Assembly: GCA_015064725.1 (NCBI GenBank)
Contig: SVRQ01000002.1
Coordinates: 17,972-81,971 of the forward strand
DNA length: 64,000 nt
Reading direction: 5' to 3'
DNA from: Oscillospiraceae bacterium
Lineage (GTDB): Bacteria > Bacillota > Clostridia > Oscillospirales > CAG-272
Shown: piece by piece, positions 57,349-64,000 of the stretch
Layout: the number at the start of each line of letters is the position of its first letter
How positions within the stretch are numbered: the first letter of the stretch is position 1
Notes under the pieces: generated by a model
Databases searched by the model: none
What the model was told of the DNA's origin: nothing
The model's input: the letters and a program-made list of their open reading frames with translations, nothing else
Translations under genes and position numbers: made by a program

Positions 57349-57840
57349 ATGAAAAAACTTATATCAATAATTCTCGCACTCATGCTCTTTTTATCTTGTT
57401 GTTTGCTTTCGTCCTGTAAAGATGGAAATCCGGATACTGTAGGAGAAATTGATTACAGCAGAATAAAATTTGAACGAAGCAATGGTCCATCCCCTCTGAT
57501 GCCGAAAAACAGAGAAGAATTGATTGAATATCTTAGAACTCACAAAAATTTTTGGTATGGATGTGATGAATGCCGTTCGAATATGCGTTTTGAATCTGAA
57601 AATAAGATTCCTCTAAAAGATTTGGGTGAATTGAATATACCTTTTGAATACTGCCCCAATGAAGAACCCGACGGAGTGGCAGAGGATAGATATGGTATAA
57701 AAATACTCAACAGCGTAGAGATAAAATATGGCGCAGAGGTGGATCTTGAAGCTTTTGCCGATTGTATTGAGCGTATGATACAAAGCGGCAAAGTGAAATC
57801 GATAACATTTGTTTATCACGCTCATACGGCTGACGAGTAA
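57349..57840 (+). CDS. Hypothetical lipoprotein
   Basis: RBS aaggagg and signal peptide MKKLISII...LLSSC. AT-rich. Confidence 0.65.
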   Translation: MKKLISIILALMLFLSCCLLSSCKDGNPDTVGEIDYSRIKFERSNGPSPLMPKNREELIEYLRTHKNFWYGCDECRSNMRFESENKIPLKDLGELNIPFEYCPNEEPDGVAEDRYGIKILNSVEIKYGAEVDLEAFADCIERMIQSGKVKSITFVYHAHTADE

Positions 57841-57890
57841 ACTACCACACAAAAGCAGAGGGCGCAAGCCCTCTGCTTTTCGATCTTATA

Positions 57891-58325
57891 CTATTTCTTT
57901 CTGTTGCTGATAAGCTCGCACACGCCGAAAGCGCAAAACAGGAGCGCCGCGGCGAACACGGGAATGTACGCCTTTACGTTTGATGCCGTTATTGCAAGCA
58001 CCACCATTACCGCAAGCACAATAAGGCTTGCGAGAATTTCGATATACGCCCAAAGACACGCTTTTTTGCGGCGTTTTTCCTTTTCCTCGGCATAGCTTTT
58101 TCCGCTTGAAAGGAGCACGCCGTCCGCGGCGAAATCGGGCTTATCGTGAAGAATGATAAAACGGCAGGTCTTTCCGTAAAGCTCAACTTCTTCGTCAACG
58201 CCTCCGAAAAATTTTCCGTAAACCGTGGTGACGAATTTATCTCCCTCATAGATGAAATATTTGTTACCGTCCTCCTGGCAGGAGACCTCCTTGCCATCGA
58301 GAAGAAAAGTGTATTCTTTAGACAT
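57891..58325 (-). CDS. Hypothetical membrane protein
   Basis: Two C-terminal TM helices. Overlaps the upstream ORF end. Confidence 0.6.
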   Translation of the reverse strand: MSKEYTFLLDGKEVSCQEDGNKYFIYEGDKFVTTVYGKFFGGVDEEVELYGKTCRFIILHDKPDFAADGVLLSSGKSYAEEKEKRRKKACLWAYIEILASLIVLAVMVVLAITASNVKAYIPVFAAALLFCAFGVCELISNRKK

Positions 58326-58887
58326 CGGCTTTTTCGCCTGCTCTTTCCTTGAGAACGGAGAGGAACTCCTCAAGGTCCGCCTTGGCCTCGCAGATGCCTT
58401 CGTTTATGCTGACGGTTTCGCGCCAGAAGGTCTTGTAAACGCGAACGAAGAACATCGTTGTGAAGGCAACGCTGCGCTCAAGCTCTCTCTTGGAGCGTGC
58501 AAGGGCTATTTCGTCCTTTCTTGCCTGTGCATCCTCGGGAAGCTCTTCCGTTTCGAGCTTCATTGCTTCAAGTGCCGCTTCTTCCTCTTCTTCCGCTTCT
58601 TCAAGGGCGAGGACGTCTTCCGTCTTTTCGTGCTTTACCGTTATTTTCGCGCTGCTGATATAGCCGTCGGAATAATCTGCAGGCTCTGCGATGGGTGTTG
58701 CGCGCAAGACCTTTATCTCTTCGGGGAGGAGATTTTCGTTTTCGCGTGTTATCTCCGTTTCAAGAACGTAGCCGAGTGCTGCAAAAGCGTCCTTGTTGCT
58801 TTCAACAAGGGAGTTTATGCTGTTTGCAAGCTCTGTTTCTTTTGCGTGGATCTCTTCCGTGGTGATTTTTTTGCGTGAAATTTCCAT
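58318..58887 (-). CDS. Hypothetical acidic protein
   Basis: RBS aaggaag and an intact 189-aa Glu-rich ORF. Confidence 0.6.
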   Translation of the reverse strand: MEISRKKITTEEIHAKETELANSINSLVESNKDAFAALGYVLETEITRENENLLPEEIKVLRATPIAEPADYSDGYISSAKITVKHEKTEDVLALEEAEEEEEAALEAMKLETEELPEDAQARKDEIALARSKRELERSVAFTTMFFVRVYKTFWRETVSINEGICEAKADLEEFLSVLKERAGEKADV

Positions 58888-59029
58888 AGTTTTCTTCCTT
58901 ACTCTATAAAATTTTAAAATATTTTTTTAAGAATTTAAATAATATGTTGAAAAATTTCCCGATTGGGTGTAAAATAGAAATATATCTTAAAAGATAAGCG
59001 CGTAATTTTTGCGAAAGGAATGTTTAAAA

Positions 59030-59290
59030 ATGACTGAAAAAGAAATGATGGAACAAACTGCTGCGTTTCGCTCCGAGGTAGGCAGCGAGGAAGAGCTTCG
59101 TGAAACTATTAAGACTGTGTATAACGCGCTTTTGGAAAAAGGATACAACCCCGTTAACCAGATAGTCGGTTATATACTTTCGGAAGATCCTACGTACATA
59201 ACGAATTACAAGGGCGCACGTTCCATAATGCGTAAAATAGACCGCGACGAGCTTCTTTCCAGTTTGCTCCGCAAATATCTTGAAATTTAA
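59030..59290 (+). CDS. ireB: IreB/ReoM family phosphoprotein (DUF965)
   Basis: [29 protein letters not shown]....AR...RKIDRDELL. Confidence 0.9.
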   Translation: MTEKEMMEQTAAFRSEVGSEEELRETIKTVYNALLEKGYNPVNQIVGYILSEDPTYITNYKGARSIMRKIDRDELLSSLLRKYLEI

Positions 59291-59458
59291 TTATATTATA
59301 CTTGGTTTTTCCCGCCGTTTCAAGAGGTATATTCAAAAAGAAAAGGGGAAAAGAAAACATTTTGTTTTCTTTAGTTTGAAAAATGCAAAAATACGGCAGG
59401 GTGCGCCCTGCCGTATTTTTGCGTTATCCCGATATTGCAAAAAAATTAAAAAAATCAA

Positions 59459-59470
59459 GAACAAAAGTTT
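59459..59470 (+). promoter_or_regulatory. LexA (SOS) box overlapping the lexA -35
   Basis: GAAC-aaaa-GTTT (Firmicute consensus GAAC-N4-GTTY), abutting TTGCTT-17 nt-TACAAT. Confidence 0.65.
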
Positions 59471-59540
59471 GCTTTTTTGAAAATATTATGCTACAATGAA
59501 TTGTAAAACATAAAAACACGAAGTACGAAAGGAAAACAAT

Positions 59541-60152
59541 ATGCAAGCACTCACACGACGCGAAAAAGAGGTTTACGATTACATCTGCGCGACGATAGAG
59601 CAAAACGGATACTCCCCCTCCGTACGCGATATCCGCGATAACCTCGGTATAAAAAGCACGTCCACCGTACATTCTTATATAAACAGACTTGAAGAAAAGG
59701 GATATATCCACAAGGAGGACGGTAAGAGCCGTACGCTTACGCTGGGTGACGATGCGCCTGAAAGTGCAAAGAACAAGGCGCGCGTGCCCATACTCGGTCA
59801 AGTTGCCGCCGGTCTTCCCATTCTCGCACAGCAGAATATAGAGGGCTACATCGATTTTTCCGTAAACGGAAAACGTCTGCCCGGGGAGCTTTTTGCGCTT
59901 CGCGTAAAGGGCGAAAGTATGATAGAAGCGGGTATTCTGGACGGCGATATAGTTGTTGTCTGCCGCACGTCTTACGTTGAAAACGGCGATATTGCCGTTG
60001 TTCTTGTGGAGGATGAGGCGACCGTCAAGACGTTTTACCGCGAAAACGGCCATTTCCGCCTCCAACCGGAAAACAAAACTATGAAACCCATCATAACTAA
60101 AGAGCTGTATATACTCGGAAAGGTTATTGCCAACGTGCGTTACTACGATTGA
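59541..60152 (+). CDS. lexA: SOS repressor LexA
   Basis: GYSPSVRDI...LGIKSTSTVH, VAAGLP (Ala-Gly cleavage site), GESM (Ser), ATVK (Lys). Confidence 0.95.
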   Translation: MQALTRREKEVYDYICATIEQNGYSPSVRDIRDNLGIKSTSTVHSYINRLEEKGYIHKEDGKSRTLTLGDDAPESAKNKARVPILGQVAAGLPILAQQNIEGYIDFSVNGKRLPGELFALRVKGESMIEAGILDGDIVVVCRTSYVENGDIAVVLVEDEATVKTFYRENGHFRLQPENKTMKPIITKELYILGKVIANVRYYD

Positions 60153-60164
60153 CAGGGTGATATT

Positions 60165-61010
60165 GTGAAAAATCAGATATATGCTTCCACGGGCACTTTT
60201 ATCGGCAGAGCGAACGCTTATGACCACCGTATTATAAAAGCAAACGCGGAAAAAATAAACTGCGACGGATTTGAGCTTATGATATATTCCGCTTGGTACG
60301 AGGATCTTGACAGGATAATCGGGGAGATAGTGGATTTCGGACTGAGCTTTCCCGTTGTTCATTTTGATAAGGGCATCGGTATGTTGCTTGCGGAGAATAC
60401 GGAAGATGCCGTTGCCGAGGCATTACGGAAATTCTCCCTTAACGTTGCGGCGGCAAAGCGCGTCGGCGCGAAAAAGGCGGTGTTCCACCTTTGGGGCGGA
60501 AAAAATTCCGATATTTTTATGAAATATTCAGTAAAACATATTCCGCGCTTTTACCGCGAATGCGAAGAAGCGGGGATAGAGCTTCTTATAGAGAACATAC
60601 CCGCGCTTTATAACGGCCCCGTTTGCGATTGGCTTGCCGTAAGGGAAGAGTATCACGATGCAAAGTTTATTTATGATACGCGCTTCGGGGAATACCACGC
60701 AGAGCACAGGCGCATATTTTCTCCCGCGTTCTGGCGCGATGTCCACCATATCCACATAAGCTCGTACATAAGCTGTGCGGAGCATTGGGGTATGCTGCGC
60801 CCGATACTTCATCCGGGAGAGGGCAGGGTGGATTTCGATGCTCTTATTGCGGCTATGCCCCGCTATGACTACAGCGTAACGCTGGAAAGCCCCGTGCTTT
60901 CGCCGGACGGCGCGATAAACACGGAAAAGCTGAACGCATCCCTTGCATATCTTTACAGAAAATTTGCCGAAAAAGAGCAGAACGAAAAACTAATTGCGAA
61001 CAATCGGTAA
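60165..61010 (+). CDS. Sugar phosphate isomerase/epimerase (AP endonuclease 2 TIM barrel) family
   Basis: DGFEL, VVH, AVFH, LLIEN, YDT, HIHIS, PGEGRVDF, VTLE. GTG start. Confidence 0.7.
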   Translation: MKNQIYASTGTFIGRANAYDHRIIKANAEKINCDGFELMIYSAWYEDLDRIIGEIVDFGLSFPVVHFDKGIGMLLAENTEDAVAEALRKFSLNVAAAKRVGAKKAVFHLWGGKNSDIFMKYSVKHIPRFYRECEEAGIELLIENIPALYNGPVCDWLAVREEYHDAKFIYDTRFGEYHAEHRRIFSPAFWRDVHHIHISSYISCAEHWGMLRPILHPGEGRVDFDALIAAMPRYDYSVTLESPVLSPDGAINTEKLNASLAYLYRKFAEKEQNEKLIANNR

Positions 61011-61097
61011 ACTTTGCCTTACCTCGGTGGACTTTTTTCACCGTGTGTGATACAATGAAAAAGTATGCAAAACTTTATTTATATTACGGAGGATAAA

Positions 61098-62588
61098 ATG
61101 GAAAATACAAATAAAAACACCAAAAAGCTCGTGATAATTATCGCGGCGTTTCTCGCCGCGCTCCTTGTCATAGTGCCTTTGGTCGTGCTTTTGGCGGCAA
61201 GAAGCACCGCACCGATAGATTTCTTGATGGAGAAGGACCTTTCAAAATACGTTGATTTTGAAATTCCCGAAACAATAAAATACGGCGATATTAAAGAAGC
61301 CGTTGCTTCCGGATACGACGTTTTCCGCGTGGGGCTCACGGAATCTTATTTCGGAACGGACGTTTACGTTGAAGAGGGCTCTACGATGGACTTTACGCTC
61401 TCTGCAGAGCTCGTTACGGAATCCGAGGGTGCGAAGGAATATACCGAGATAACGCTTCCTGCGGAATATGCAAAAATAGTTGGCTACCGCCCTTATTCCG
61501 AGGCGGAGAACCGCTTCTTTGACGACGCTCTTGCAAAAGCGGGCAATATTGACGATTACAGCCAATACTACCTCTCCAAAAATACAGCTGCAAAATTTGA
61601 GCTTACGTTGCCGGAGGGAGAGAGATTTGGCGAATACGCGGGCAAGACGCTCCGTTTTACCATTACCGTGACAGATTACGTTTGCCGCTATATCTATCTT
61701 TATGACGGCTATGATAATTCCATTACCACGGTTGAGGATTGGTATTGCAAGATAATAACAAGCACCGCAGAAAAGAGCAGCGGAAAGATCGAGGAGGGGG
61801 ATATCGTCCTTTTCGATTGCACGGATACTTACAAGAACGGCACAACGGAAAAATACGAAGACCTCTGCATTGAAGCCACGGGCGATTACCTTGAATACTT
61901 TAAGGACCGTTCCGAGGGGGATTCTTTTACCGAAGAGTTTTCCGATATTACGGAGAATTTCGTTATAAAGGGCGTTTATAAAGCGGAAAACGCAGAGGAA
62001 GCCGTGAAAGCGCTCGGATATGACAGCGTTTTTGCCTTGAAGGAGGAGCTTCGCATCTGGTGCTATGCCGTTTACAGCGATGGCTTTATGCTCCTTGCAA
62101 CGCAGAGTGCAAAGGTGCTCTCTTATCCCAAAAACCTTTTGAATACTTACACAAAGCTTGAGGACGCAACGTGGGAAACGGATTTCCGCAAGGATGCTGT
62201 TTCCTTTGCAGAAGCACTCGGTGACGAAACGGCTCTTGAAACGTACGGCATCACGGGCTATGAAACTATAGAGGATTACCTGGATGACCTTCTGGAGGAC
62301 CACGTTAAGACCCTTACGGGAGAGCTTATGACGTCTTTTGCTATGGCAAAGGAATTCGGCGTTTTGGAGGAACTTCACGAAAGATATGAAACCTCTTTGG
62401 CAAGCTATATTGTAAGCGGCGGCTTTGCCAATAAGCAGGAAGCGCTTGAAGCGCTTTATGCAAACGGCGACGAGGCGTGCGTCTTCTATTCCAACTTCCT
62501 TTCCCCCATACTCGGCACGAAGTTTGCGCAGAGAGTTACGGATGCCCCCTTCGCACAGTACCTTACGGACAGTTACGTTTCCTATTAA
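61098..62588 (+). CDS. Membrane-anchored trigger-factor-like protein
   Basis: N-terminal TM. DLSKYV, FELTLP.....EYAGKTLRFTITV, IEEGDIV (FKBP-like), VLSYPK and helical acidic C-terminus. Confidence 0.5.
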   Translation: MENTNKNTKKLVIIIAAFLAALLVIVPLVVLLAARSTAPIDFLMEKDLSKYVDFEIPETIKYGDIKEAVASGYDVFRVGLTESYFGTDVYVEEGSTMDFTLSAELVTESEGAKEYTEITLPAEYAKIVGYRPYSEAENRFFDDALAKAGNIDDYSQYYLSKNTAAKFELTLPEGERFGEYAGKTLRFTITVTDYVCRYIYLYDGYDNSITTVEDWYCKIITSTAEKSSGKIEEGDIVLFDCTDTYKNGTTEKYEDLCIEATGDYLEYFKDRSEGDSFTEEFSDITENFVIKGVYKAENAEEAVKALGYDSVFALKEELRIWCYAVYSDGFMLLATQSAKVLSYPKNLLNTYTKLEDATWETDFRKDAVSFAEALGDETALETYGITGYETIEDYLDDLLEDHVKTLTGELMTSFAMAKEFGVLEELHERYETSLASYIVSGGFANKQEALEALYANGDEACVFYSNFLSPILGTKFAQRVTDAPFAQYLTDSYVSY

Positions 62589-62613
62589 AAAATAAATGAA
62601 AGCGGATGTTACT

Positions 62614-64000
62614 ATGTTTAAAAATATAAAGATAAATTTGAAAAAAATATTGGCGGTATCTCTTGCGGCGGCAACGCTTTGCGCCGCGGGATGCGGAGAG
62701 AAAGAACTGCCCGATTTTGACTATGCTTCGGAGGACCTTTCCTCCTACGTTACTCTGCCCGATATCGGCTCTTACACGCGCGAGGGTGTTGTTGCCGAAT
62801 ATGAAAAGGCGATCAAGGAGGCGGAGATCCCGGACTCCTATATAATAAGCGGCGGCTCCTATTTTGATTTTTACGTTACGGCGTATATCAAAAACGGGGA
62901 GGAGTTTGAAAAGTACGAAAAGCTTTCTTATGAAACGTACGGCTCTCCCATAAGCGGCTACCGTGTGCTTCAAGACGGAAAAAACGCGGATTTCGACAAA
63001 TGCCTTATGGCAAGCGTTATCTCTGCGGAAGAAGCCGCAGTTCAGCCCAGAACGATAAAAAACGGAAAGCAGTTCTCTTTTACGCTTGATATCGGTGCGG
63101 ACAATGAAAACGCCGATATAGCAGGGAAAACGCTTAAATTCGTTATAACCCCCGTAGGCTATACGGCACCGCTTTACGATGATGCGGAGCTTAACGTATA
63201 TACAAGAAAATATTTTGACGGCGTATCAAACAAAACGACGGTAGAGGCCGGCGACGGCGTATTCTTTTCCGTTGTAGCTACGGCGGACGGTGCCGCTATC
63301 TACACCAACACAAACGCTTTTCTCTTTGTCGGGGACAACAGCCTTTTCCCCGGCTTTGACGAATATCTGATCGGCAAAAAGGTCGGCGGCTCTAATTTCT
63401 CCGTTACATTCAGCAACGATGCTTTTACAAAAGGGAACGGCCTTTTCCTTGCCAACGGCAAAAAAGTGGATTTTTATATCAATATAACGAAGATATGCGA
63501 CACGAAGACCTTGCCTGAAAATGATAATTTCAAAACCGTTTGGGAATTGAAGGAATATTGTGCGCTTGAAAGCTTTGCGAAAGAATATCTCTACGATGCC
63601 GTATTTTCCGATGCGAAAGTAAACTCTTATCCTGAAAAGGGATATGCGAAGATGGAAGAGCAGATGAAAGAGCAGCTAAGCGGTAACCTCGATTATTACA
63701 GAGAATACCTCGAAGAACGCCTTGGCGATGTTTCCGAGGAATACGTTTTTTCTTATATGCAGAAAGAGATCTTCGGTGAGGAAGAATATGAGGACGCGGA
63801 AGCTCTTATCCGCAGTGTTGTAACGGAACAGATGGATTATATTATCAAAAACAACGTGCTTGCGGATATGCTCGGAGTGGAATATTCGTATGAGGAATAC
63901 GAAAAGGACATCAAAGCACTTGTATCCTCCTCCTACCCCGATTATGAGATAACTGTGGAAGAATTTGAAAGCGGTATGCTCGGCGGAAAACATTATTGGT
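62614..64000 (+). CDS. Trigger-factor-like lipoprotein (3' end outside the window, absent from the ORF track)
   Basis: My translation: MFKNIKINLKKILAVSLAAATLCAAGC (lipobox), DLSSYVTLPD, IAGKTLKFVITP, VEAGDGV, VGDNSLFPGFDEYLIGKKVG, NGKKVDFYINI, VNSYPE. Frame open to the window end. Confidence 0.65.
   Translation, partial: MFKNIKINLKKILAVSLAAATLCAAGCGEKELPDFDYASEDLSSYVTLPDIGSYTREGVVAEYEKAIKEAEIPDSYIISGGSYFDFYVTAYIKNGEEFEKYEKLSYETYGSPISGYRVLQDGKNADFDKCLMASVISAEEAAVQPRTIKNGKQFSFTLDIGADNENADIAGKTLKFVITPVGYTAPLYDDAELNVYTRKYFDGVSNKTTVEAGDGVFFSVVATADGAAIYTNTNAFLFVGDNSLFPGFDEYLIGKKVGGSNFSVTFSNDAFTKGNGLFLANGKKVDFYINITKICDTKTLPENDNFKTVWELKEYCALESFAKEYLYDAVFSDAKVNSYPEKGYAKMEEQMKEQLSGNLDYYREYLEERLGDVSEEYVFSYMQKEIFGEEEYEDAEALIRSVVTEQMDYIIKNNVLADMLGVEYSYEEYEKDIKALVSSSYPDYEITVEEFESGMLGGKHYW

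Overview
Bacterial chromosomal segment whose gene content points to an anaerobic Clostridia/Oscillospirales-like Firmicute (spoVG, ireB/reoM, addB, lexA with a GAAC-N4-GTTT box, TIGR03960/TIGR03936 pair). It holds about 60 CDSs: housekeeping genes (nadE, murC, tadA, a type IIA topoisomerase pair, pgk, tpiA, xth, lexA) interleaved with accessory genes and several REP/RIME-like intergenic repeat families. I saw no rRNA, tRNA, CRISPR array, transposase or prophage. The strongest candidates for undescribed biology are: (1) an ECF sigma factor translationally coupled to a protein with an anti-sigma-like N-terminus, one TM helix and an extracellular serpin domain (possible protease-sensing signalling pair); (2) an operon of 2-enoate reductase, split aconitase X and a ketopantoate-reductase-like enzyme (possible CoA-independent reduce/dehydrate/reduce pathway); (3) an unannotated 17-aa leader peptide with a two-terminator relay attenuator upstream of a PF09818-type ATPase and an ABC exporter pair; (4) a circularly permuted amino-acid-binding protein; (5) tandem exported trigger-factor-like proteins. 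All family assignments come from motif recognition by eye, not from database searches.
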